From Ignavibacteriota bacterium (lineage in GTDB: Bacteria > Bacteroidota > Ignavibacteria > Kapaibacteriales > UBA961): DNA of 44,463 nt. Of the stretch, positions 36,222 through 44,463 are shown one piece after another. Below the pieces are notes generated by a model. It saw only the letters and a program-made list of their open reading frames with translations. It was not told the origin of the DNA and made no database searches. Numbering within the stretch: position 1 is the first letter of the stretch; each line of letters starts with the position of its first letter. The position numbers were made by a program, and so were the translations under genes. The DNA lies in assembly GCA_016197185.1 (NCBI GenBank), contig JACPWH010000018.1, positions 1-44,463 of the forward strand, given 5' to 3'.

Positions 36222-39200
36222 ATGAAACTATCATCTATCAAGCGTACATCACCTGTTTTTGTGGTGCTTTTTGCAGCAATACTTGTAATGCCAAGTTGCT
36301 TGTTCGGACAATCTATTTTTACCGGAAGAGGGCTGGAAGTAATTCGTTCTTCAGCCTCTGAATTAGTAATAAGTTATACTCCTCAATTTGAGAAATTGGA
36401 TACAATTCTCACTTCATCCGGTGAGCAGACTATTATCCCCAGGATTCAAGGAGCGGCAATCTCACAATCAAACTACGGAGCACCCTCTTTACTTACTGTT
36501 TCTGCTCCGATTGCAATCCCCTCACCTTCGGATTTTACAATTACAAACATTCAAACAATTGGTGTTCGCAGGATTGCGCAAAAAATGTCACCGGCACCTA
36601 CTCCGTATCGGAACGGTGAATTTCATGAAGCAGTTTACGAACTTCGTCCTGAATTATACCAATCGGCAGCACCAAAAGATTGGGCAACTCTTACTTACGG
36701 CGGGATTGCTCGAAACAAATATATTGCAGACTTGTCAATTATTGCTGCACGGTACGATGGTGTATCGCAAACAGTTGAACTCCCTTCTAAAATTATCATA
36801 ACAATACGTTTTGCAGGTGGCGTTCCCGTTAATAAACAGGGAAAAGATGACTATAACGTTTTTCAAGTTCTTAATAATGAGCAATCAAAGTCATGGAGAA
36901 TAAATGAGACTTCACTGGCAAAGCTGTCTGATGGCAATAAAATCCTAAGTGCAGGAAAATGGGTAAAAATTACAATTGAAAGTGAAGGGATTTATAAGAT
37001 AGATGCAGCAATGCTCTCAAAATATGGTATTAACCTTACAGCCTCCGATGTATCGACTATAAAAGTATTCGGGAATGGCGGAGTGCTTATGACGGAAGAC
37101 GGCAGCCAATCCCTCAAAAATAAAATGCAGGAACAGCCGATAATCGTCAGAACAAAACCTAATGGAGAACTTGAAGCTATTCTTTTTTATGCAAGCGGAC
37201 CCAATGGTTTTGAATATAAAAATAATTCGTTTATCCATTATACCAACCCATATTCAACAACAAGTTCTTACCTTATAACAGTTGGTGGTGAAGCTGGATT
37301 GCGTGCTTCTGAACTTGAAGAGCCTTCAACTCCTATTGTAAACAGACCGACAAGTTATACTGCCCGTTTGTTTAATGAAGAAGAATTGACAAATGCTTTT
37401 ATTATCCCTTCGGGCAGGACATGGTTCGGCAGAACTGTTGATAACTCCTTACCTCAGATATTTACCACACCCCTTCAAAATTTAGTAAAAAACGGTGAAA
37501 TCCTTTATCGTTATGCGGTTGCTCATCGCAGTGCAAAAAATGGAAGTTTCGCCATTACTGAGAATGGTACAACTTTGGACACAGTGCAAATACCCGGCGT
37601 GAATCAGAACAACAACTCGAGTAATTACACGGAATCCTATTCGGTGGTTGGTTCTGCTAAGATTCCTGCTTCCGCAATTGCTACCGATAATCGCAGTGTT
37701 CTAAAATTTACCTACTCAAATACAGGCAGCAGTTCAGCAAGCGGGTTGATGGATTGGTTCGAAATTCAATATCCCAGAGAGTGTATTGCAATCAATAACG
37801 AAATGGAATTTCTATCCGATGTAACACTTAACGGAGGTACCGAGTACTCTTTAAATGGGTTTTCAGGAGAGATATTCGGGTTTGATGCAACCAACCGTGC
37901 GCAGCCCAAGATGCTCAAGAATTTTGCATCGACAGGTGGTATGTTTATTGTTCGTAGTGATTTGGCTGCCGGAACACCAAAAAGATTCTATATATCATCT
38001 ACACTTAAAACGCCACGCTTATTAGAAACAGCAGATGTAGCTGATTTGCGTTCAAACTTTGCAAATACAGATGTTGTTGTAATTACTCACAAAAGCCTTT
38101 TGGAATCAGCTGTCAAATTCAAAGAATACCGTGAATCACAAAAAGAATTATCGGTAAGTGTTGTAACTACCGAACAGATTTTTAATGAATTTTCCGGTGG
38201 AATGACTGATGTGACTGCTATTCGCGATTTTCTTGCCTTTGCATATACTAACTGGTCGAACAAACCAAAGTATGTGCTTTTATGGGGAGATGGTCACAGC
38301 GATTATAAGAACATACAAACTCAAGAAACAAACTTTGTTCCACCGTATGAATCTGAGTATTACGATGGTCCATTCGATGAAACCGGAACTTACACCACCG
38401 ATGACTATTTTGCACGTATTGCAGGAAATGATCGCAAAGTTGATATGGCTATTTCACGTATCCCTATTCCTACACCTGAAATGGGACAGTGGATTGTGGA
38501 GAAAATTAAACATTACGAAACTGAGTCTCAGCAAGGTGAATGGCAATCTACAGTGACCTTAGTAGCTGATGACGGTTTAACAACACAAACTGATGACGGT
38601 ACGGAGCATACTCAGGGGTCTGAAGATTTATCGAAATACTCAATACCGGAGGATATGCAGCAGCATAAGGTTTATCTGGCTGAATATCCTGTTGAAAATG
38701 TTCCTAACGGTCGGCGTAAACCGGCTGTTACAGCACAACTTCTTAATGAAGTAAATACTAACGGCTCAGTTCTTCTAAGTTGGGTTGGGCATGGAAGTCC
38801 CCGAGTTTGGGCACATGAATTGATATTCGAAAGAGAAACAACAATACCACAGATGACTAATTTGAATAAATTGTTCTTCCTGACAGCAGCAACTTGTGAT
38901 TTCGCACGTTTTGACGATGGCGATCACCAAAGCGGTGCAGAGGAATTGGTATTCAGTAAAACAGGCGGTGCCATTGGAGTGTTTGCTGCGTCACGACCTG
39001 TTTTCTCCTATGAAAACAAGCAGATAGCAGCGTTGTTTTATAAATTTTTGTTCTCACGTGCTGCAGACGGGAAGTATCTGCGGTTGGGTGACATTATGTA
39101 TAATGTAAAGCAAGAAAGAGATTCTCAGAACGATGAAAAGTATTTTTTGCTCGGTGACCCAACTATGCGGTTGTTATTTCCTGAAAACATTGTACGCATA

Positions 39201-40271
39201 GATGCTATAAATGGTCAGAAGGTAACAGACAGTATTCCTTTAATGCCGCTTCTGAAAGCACTCTCTACTGTTACAATCGAGGGATCTATAATTACTCCAA
39301 AAAGTCCGGCAGTCGATACAAGTTTTAATGGTACTGCGCTGATTTCATTGGATGACAGTGATATTGACGCACGTGTAGAAGATGTTGCCGACGGTGTGGT
39401 ACATTCCATATTAAAAACCGGGGGGACTCTAAACAGAAGCGCATACAGGGTGAAAAACGGGTTGTTTAAAGCAGAGTTTGTAATGCCCCTGGATTTAAGT
39501 TTTACAAATAAACAGGGCAGGTTGTATGCGTATGCATTTTCCGATAAGAAAACGGCAAAGGGTGATTCACGTTCATTCCTGGTAGGTGGAATTATTGCAG
39601 ATGTAGAGCATTTTAATGATAAGAACGGACCGGCAATTTCTATATTTTTAGATGACCGTAGCTTTCAAGCAGGAAATTTGGTACGGAAATCGCCGTTACT
39701 TTTAGTGGATTTATTTGATTCAACCGGTATTAATACCACAGGGTCGAGTATTGGGCATAAGATTGAGGCGTGGTTTGATAATGAACCTGCCCCTCTTGAT
39801 CTCACTCCGAGTTTTACAACATCGCTGGATGATTCACGCAAAGGAAGTACTGAAAAACAAATATTTAATCTTGCTGCCGGTAATCATTCCGTAAAGGTAC
39901 GTGCATGGGATGTTCTCAACAATTATTCTGAAACCCAAACGAACTTTAGGGTTGCAAGCACAGACGGAAGGGTTATTACCGATAATTTACAATGCTATCC
40001 TAATCCTTCATCGAATGGAACAAACATAACGTTTCAACACAATCAATCACAGCCGTTTACTGTAGCAATTCATATCTTTACTGTAGATGGGCGCATGGTT
40101 AAATCAATAGCACAGACAATAGAAGGTCTGCATACTGCTTCGATAGCATGGGACGGTTTAGATGCTCTGGGGGCTAAAGTGAGCCAAGGCAGTTATGTGT
40201 TTACTGTGGATGTGCAAACAATCCTCGGTGATTCCGAACAATTGTTCGGAAAAATTTCAATAGTACAATAA
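36222..40271 (+). CDS. porU: Type IX secretion system sortase PorU (C25 gingipain-like)
   Basis: WVKITIESEGIYKI, IFNEFSGG..DVTAIRDF, WVGHGS and TAATCDF His/Cys dyad, LLGDP, VRAWDVLNN, C-terminal CYPNP CTD; directly upstream of porV. Confidence 0.95.
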   Translation: MKLSSIKRTSPVFVVLFAAILVMPSCLFGQSIFTGRGLEVIRSSASELVISYTPQFEKLDTILTSSGEQTIIPRIQGAAISQSNYGAPSLLTVSAPIAIPSPSDFTITNIQTIGVRRIAQKMSPAPTPYRNGEFHEAVYELRPELYQSAAPKDWATLTYGGIARNKYIADLSIIAARYDGVSQTVELPSKIIITIRFAGGVPVNKQGKDDYNVFQVLNNEQSKSWRINETSLAKLSDGNKILSAGKWVKITIESEGIYKIDAAMLSKYGINLTASDVSTIKVFGNGGVLMTEDGSQSLKNKMQEQPIIVRTKPNGELEAILFYASGPNGFEYKNNSFIHYTNPYSTTSSYLITVGGEAGLRASELEEPSTPIVNRPTSYTARLFNEEELTNAFIIPSGRTWFGRTVDNSLPQIFTTPLQNLVKNGEILYRYAVAHRSAKNGSFAITENGTTLDTVQIPGVNQNNNSSNYTESYSVVGSAKIPASAIATDNRSVLKFTYSNTGSSSASGLMDWFEIQYPRECIAINNEMEFLSDVTLNGGTEYSLNGFSGEIFGFDATNRAQPKMLKNFASTGGMFIVRSDLAAGTPKRFYISSTLKTPRLLETADVADLRSNFANTDVVVITHKSLLESAVKFKEYRESQKELSVSVVTTEQIFNEFSGGMTDVTAIRDFLAFAYTNWSNKPKYVLLWGDGHSDYKNIQTQETNFVPPYESEYYDGPFDETGTYTTDDYFARIAGNDRKVDMAISRIPIPTPEMGQWIVEKIKHYETESQQGEWQSTVTLVADDGLTTQTDDGTEHTQGSEDLSKYSIPEDMQQHKVYLAEYPVENVPNGRRKPAVTAQLLNEVNTNGSVLLSWVGHGSPRVWAHELIFERETTIPQMTNLNKLFFLTAATCDFARFDDGDHQSGAEELVFSKTGGAIGVFAASRPVFSYENKQIAALFYKFLFSRAADGKYLRLGDIMYNVKQERDSQNDEKYFLLGDPTMRLLFPENIVRIDAINGQKVTDSIPLMPLLKALSTVTIEGSIITPKSPAVDTSFNGTALISLDDSDIDARVEDVADGVVHSILKTGGTLNRSAYRVKNGLFKAEFVMPLDLSFTNKQGRLYAYAFSDKKTAKGDSRSFLVGGIIADVEHFNDKNGPAISIFLDDRSFQAGNLVRKSPLLLVDLFDSTGINTTGSSIGHKIEAWFDNEPAPLDLTPSFTTSLDDSRKGSTEKQIFNLAAGNHSVKVRAWDVLNNYSETQTNFRVASTDGRVITDNLQCYPNPSSNGTNITFQHNQSQPFTVAIHIFTVDGRMVKSIAQTIEGLHTASIAWDGLDALGAKVSQGSYVFTVDVQTILGDSEQLFGKISIVQ

Positions 40272-40301
40272 TCATTATTATTTTCAAAAGGACTTACGAT
40301 T

Positions 40302-41375
40302 ATGAAACGTAATTTTTTGGCAACGCCGTTATTGATAGCTGCTGCATTGTGTCTTTCGGCTTTCGACGCAACAGCCCAAGGAACATCTGCAGTTCCTTTT
40401 CTATTGATTTCGGCAGATGCCCGTGCAGGTGGGATGGGTGAAGTTGGAACAGCGATAGCGGACAACGTAAATGCAATGTTTTGGAATCCAGGCGGGTTGG
40501 GTTTCCAAAATTCACGTCAAATTTCACTGAATTTTTCTCGCTGGTTGCCACAGTTCAATGCAGATTTGTTTTATAGCTATGGCGGTTATGTTCAGAATGT
40601 AGAATCTCTCGATGGTATGATTGGTGTGAATTTTATTCTGATGAATCTTGGTGAATTCCAACGTACATTCGAAAATGGCGGACTTGGTTCGAAATTCCGT
40701 TCCAACGAATTTTCATTAGGTGTTTCTTACGGTACGATGATCGCTGATGATATTGGTGCAGGGATACAACTGCGTTATATCCAATCAAACTTAGCTCCAA
40801 TCAATGTGAGCAGCGGTAGTGCAGGCAAAGGTGTGAGCGGTAGCTTTGACTTGGGAGTGCTATGGAAACCGACTAAATTGGAATTGTTCGATGTAGATTT
40901 GAACGAAAAGTTTGCACTTGGTGTAAATTTGCAAAATGTGGGTCCGAAAGTAACCTATTATCAAGAATCAGACCCACTCCCTACTACCCTTCGTTTGGGT
41001 ACTGCCTTAAATTTGGTACGCGATGAGTTCAATGATCTGACATTTTCGATTGATATGTCGAAACTGCTTGTTCGCCGGGATAAAGATGTATCCGATCCTA
41101 TTCCGCTTTCGTTTATTACCTCATGGCAAAAAGGCGGGGTGGATGTATCGATGGGTGCTGAATATTGGTATGAAAAAATTGTAGCATTGCGCGTAGGTTA
41201 CTTTACTGAGCCAGCAACTGCCGGTAATCGTAACTTTATGACATTCGGAGCCGGGATTCGCTATGATATTTTTAATCTTGATTTTAGTTTCATCAATACA
41301 ATTGAAGATAATCATCCTCTTGCCAACACAATGAGATTTTCGATGGTGATTGATTGGGCAAACAGCGGAAAATAG
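40302..41375 (+). CDS. porV: T9SS outer-membrane shuttle PorV
   Basis: AVPFLLISADARAGGMG, WNPGGL, LRVGYF.E, HPLANTMRFS. Confidence 0.93.
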   Translation: MKRNFLATPLLIAAALCLSAFDATAQGTSAVPFLLISADARAGGMGEVGTAIADNVNAMFWNPGGLGFQNSRQISLNFSRWLPQFNADLFYSYGGYVQNVESLDGMIGVNFILMNLGEFQRTFENGGLGSKFRSNEFSLGVSYGTMIADDIGAGIQLRYIQSNLAPINVSSGSAGKGVSGSFDLGVLWKPTKLELFDVDLNEKFALGVNLQNVGPKVTYYQESDPLPTTLRLGTALNLVRDEFNDLTFSIDMSKLLVRRDKDVSDPIPLSFITSWQKGGVDVSMGAEYWYEKIVALRVGYFTEPATAGNRNFMTFGAGIRYDIFNLDFSFINTIEDNHPLANTMRFSMVIDWANSGK

Positions 41376-41545
41376 AATTTGAATTAAAATAAATCACGAA
41401 GAAATATCTTCGGGCAGATATTTTCCTGATTCTATCGGAACGGCTTTCCACAATAGAAATACTGTGGCTACGTCGTAGTAGTTCTTTTAATAAAGAAATT
41501 CCGAGTAAAACAGGAAGATTGTATCACTCTTACGAACGGTTTGGC

Positions 41546-42406
41546 ATGAGAATTACAAAGCAATATACTAATCGGGAAAGCCAGTCTTTAGATAAATATT
41601 TGCAAGAAATCGGGCGAGTAGAATTACTCAGTCCTAATGATGAAATAGACCTCGCTCGAGCAATCAAGCGTGGCGGGTGGGACGGAGAACGTGGGCTTGA
41701 AAGATTGGTAAAAGCAAATCTTCGATTCGTAGTGAGTGTTGCCAAGCAATACCAAAATCAGGGTCTTTCACTCGGCGATCTTATCAATGAAGGTAATCTT
41801 GGTTTAATAAAAGCAGCTAAGCGTTTTGATGAAACTCGAGGATTTAAGTTCATTTCTTACGCTGTATGGTGGATTCGTCAGTCTATCCTTCAAGCACTTG
41901 CAGAACAATCACGTATTGTCCGTTTGCCATTGAACCGGGTAGGTGCACTCAATAAAATTGGTAAAAAATTTAGTGAACTTGAGCAGGCTTTCGAGCGCGA
42001 ACCGACTGCATCGGAACTTGCAGAACAACTTGATATGAGTGTATCCGAGATAACGGAAACAATTAAAATATCAGGGAGACACTTATCAGTAGATGCTCCG
42101 TTTGTGCAAGGTGAAGACAATCGTTTGCTCGATATTTTGCCAAATGACCAACAGCCGCCTCCTGATGCTGAACTCATGAGAGAATCGCTTAGAGTAGAAG
42201 TTCAGCAAGTATTGAACACACTCTCTCTTCGTGAGGCTGAAGTTATCAAACTTTATTTCGGATTAGACGGTGTGTGCCTTACTCTGGAAGAAATCGGTGA
42301 AAAATTTAACTTGACCCGTGAACGTGTTCGGCAAATTAAAGAAAAAGCAATCAGGCGTTTGCGCCATGCCTCGCGTTCAAAGTCGCTGCGCTCCTATTTG
42401 GGGTAA
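41546..42406 (+). CDS. rpoD: Primary sigma70 factor (Bacteroidota-type, no region 1.1)
   Basis: [60 protein letters not shown]. Confidence 0.92.
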   Translation: MRITKQYTNRESQSLDKYLQEIGRVELLSPNDEIDLARAIKRGGWDGERGLERLVKANLRFVVSVAKQYQNQGLSLGDLINEGNLGLIKAAKRFDETRGFKFISYAVWWIRQSILQALAEQSRIVRLPLNRVGALNKIGKKFSELEQAFEREPTASELAEQLDMSVSEITETIKISGRHLSVDAPFVQGEDNRLLDILPNDQQPPPDAELMRESLRVEVQQVLNTLSLREAEVIKLYFGLDGVCLTLEEIGEKFNLTRERVRQIKEKAIRRLRHASRSKSLRSYLG

Positions 42407-42421
42407 AAATTTCAATATTGA

Positions 42422-42458
42422 AAAAATGCCTGATAATAGTCAGGCATTTTGCTTTTTT
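42422..42458 (+). terminator. Terminator after rpoD
   Basis: AAAATGCCTGA-TAATAG-TCAGGCATTTT then a T-rich tail. Confidence 0.85.
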
Positions 42459-42568
42459 GTTTGTTTGTGAACTGTTCAACCGCTATTTTGGGCGATTGGA
42501 AAGCAACAATATATAATGCTTCACCTGCCTGATTATCTTAACTACTATCTACTACGGGAGTTCCCAAA

Positions 42569-43849
42569 GTGGCTGAAGACGAAAATAAACAATATTCACA
42601 GAAAAGACCTCAGAGGAGACGGTATGATAACCGTCGCCAAGTATCAATTCAAACAGGTGATATTCAAGAAGTAGCGATATCAGGCGCACAGATTGATAAT
42701 TCACAAGATGCGTCGCGTCAAAACCCAAAGAAAGAACATTCTTCATCCCAGAGTACTCAGGCAAGCCCTTCAGGAAGTTCTTCCGCACAAACGGGTCAAA
42801 ATCCTCGTCCCAAAAATATTGATAAAGCACAGCAAAATCCTTCTGGAAATGCACCGTTGCAACCCAATCAAAATCCTCGATCTCGAAACCACGAAAACAG
42901 GAATCAACATTCTAACTCTCAACTTAATATCTCGGTTGTGATTCCTCTTCTTAATGAAGATGAATCCTTGCCAGAATTGGCAAAGTTGCTCAAAGAAACG
43001 CTCGGAATAGTAGCCGGAGACAAATATGAAGTGATTTTTATTGATGATGGCTCAACAGACAGATCATTTGAAGTGCTTCGTCAGATACATCAAAAGGATA
43101 ATCGTTTCAAAGCGATACGTTTTCGTAGAAATTATGGTAAATCTGCAGCTCTTGCTGTGGGATTTGCAGAGGCTAAAGGCGATATTGTGATTACAATGGA
43201 TGCCGATTTGCAGGACGATCCAAAAGAAATTCCCCATCTGATTCAGAAATTGAACGAAGGGTATGATTTGGTTTCGGGATGGAAAAAGATACGCCATGAT
43301 CCTTTTCATAAAACGGTTCCTTCACGATTTTTTAATTATGTTACCTCCACCGTAAGCGGAATTAAACTTCATGATTTTAATTGCGGGCTAAAAGCATATC
43401 GTAAGGAAGTTGTAAAAACGTTGCAAGTATATGGTGAAATGCACAGATATTTACCTGCACTTGCGCATTGGGACGGTTTCAGAGTGGCTGAAATACCTGT
43501 TACCCATCATGCACGGAGATTTGGTAAGTCAAAATTTGGATTCAGCCGATTTTTCAAAGGGTTTTTAGATCTACTTACTGTACTCTTTACCACAAGATAT
43601 GTAAAACGACCATTGCATTTATTCGGAACAGTCGGTACATTACTTGCACTCATTGGTTTCTGTACGGATTTATATTTAACAATAGAATGGTCATTAGGGA
43701 AAACTTCACTCAGTAACCGGCCGCTTGCTTTATTTGGTGTGGCATTGATTATCGTTGGCGTACAACTTATCAGTTTTGGTCTTATCGGGGAATTGTTAGT
43801 TAAGAATTTTCAAAAAAATGTGGAATATAGTGTCAGGGAAAGACTCTGA
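42569..43849 (+). CDS. GT2 polyprenol-phosphate glycosyltransferase (ArnC/GtrB-like) with long N-terminal low-complexity extension
   Basis: ISVVIPLLNE, IDDGSTD, RNYGKSAAL, TMDADLQDDP, HDFNCG, GEMHRY, two C-terminal TM helices. Confidence 0.92.
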   Translation: MAEDENKQYSQKRPQRRRYDNRRQVSIQTGDIQEVAISGAQIDNSQDASRQNPKKEHSSSQSTQASPSGSSSAQTGQNPRPKNIDKAQQNPSGNAPLQPNQNPRSRNHENRNQHSNSQLNISVVIPLLNEDESLPELAKLLKETLGIVAGDKYEVIFIDDGSTDRSFEVLRQIHQKDNRFKAIRFRRNYGKSAALAVGFAEAKGDIVITMDADLQDDPKEIPHLIQKLNEGYDLVSGWKKIRHDPFHKTVPSRFFNYVTSTVSGIKLHDFNCGLKAYRKEVVKTLQVYGEMHRYLPALAHWDGFRVAEIPVTHHARRFGKSKFGFSRFFKGFLDLLTVLFTTRYVKRPLHLFGTVGTLLALIGFCTDLYLTIEWSLGKTSLSNRPLALFGVALIIVGVQLISFGLIGELLVKNFQKNVEYSVRERL

Positions 43850-43915
43850 TATTGTCATTCAATGAATATATTGGTGCTAATATACATTCACCATCATTAT
43901 TTCTGAAGGAAAATT

Positions 43916-44463
43916 ATGATTAAAGTAGTGATAATGCTTGTAATTCTTGTTGGATTAGGGACTCAAACCGCATCATCTCAGACAGGGCTTGCCAAACCAC
44001 AACCTAAGAAAATAGTTTCTCAACCTATTACCAGACCATATACATTCCCTGAAATTCAAATTGGAATAGGACTTACTACTTCATGGCTTAACGGAGCAAA
44101 TCCTGCTACCGACATTATTTTCCCTAAAGATACAATCCATTCCATCGGAGGCGGTTTTAACGGTCAACAGCCGGGATTGGCAATCAGAGGCACTTTCATA
44201 ATGGACCCTGATCGACGTATGCGCATTACAGCAGGATTAGATTATATTTGGTACACGGGTCTCCAAAGAATTGAAGGACCGGGATATACATTTTATGCTC
44301 GCCATAATCTTGATTTGCCAACATTTGTATTAGGGTTCGAATATGCTTTTATGAATTTACCTCTTGCAAATGCCAGGATGTATGTAGGTGTAGATGCACG
44401 ATATGCCGTTCTTAGAAAGGGAGATTTCAGACGTAAAATTGTCTATAAACTTATTGATGTAAT
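43916..44463 (+). CDS. Probable outer-membrane beta-barrel protein (3' truncated by window edge)
   Basis: ATG 43916, signal peptide MIKVVIMLVILVGLGTQTASS-Q, frame open to the end with beta-strand patterns (ITAGLDYIWY, VLGFEYAF). Confidence 0.75.
   Translation, partial: MIKVVIMLVILVGLGTQTASSQTGLAKPQPKKIVSQPITRPYTFPEIQIGIGLTTSWLNGANPATDIIFPKDTIHSIGGGFNGQQPGLAIRGTFIMDPDRRMRITAGLDYIWYTGLQRIEGPGYTFYARHNLDLPTFVLGFEYAFMNLPLANARMYVGVDARYAVLRKGDFRRKIVYKLIDV

Overview
A 44.5-kb AT-rich chromosomal window. It is most likely from a Bacteroidota/Chlorobi-superphylum organism (Ignavibacteria/Kapabacteria-like; inferred from TTTG-N20-TAnnTTTG promoters, a short sigma70 lacking region 1.1, and porU-porV). 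Most of it is housekeeping: dapB, ftsE-like, anmK, thiN, split transketolase, cca, maeB, ftsI, sua5, ptsH, ferritin, PduO, ABC-F, lipB, porU/porV, rpoD, GT2, plus four tRNAs. The most notable observations are: (1) a dense DnaA-box cluster at 3.40-3.66 kb with Bacillus-like unwinding architecture, probably oriC, with no dnaA nearby; (2) a full-length tyrosine-recombinase homologue that has lost three catalytic residues and sits directly upstream of a stand-alone ftsI; (3) a long structured leader plus terminator in front of a 15-Cys secreted protein paired with a T9SS cargo protein; (4) three tandem paralogous BamE/BLIP-like lipoproteins divergent from an unknown outer-membrane protein; (5) three broken genes (two internal deletions, one 1-nt frameshift) that may be real or assembly artefacts. 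No CRISPR array, rRNA or intact IS element was seen. Family assignments come from motif recognition only; no searches were run.
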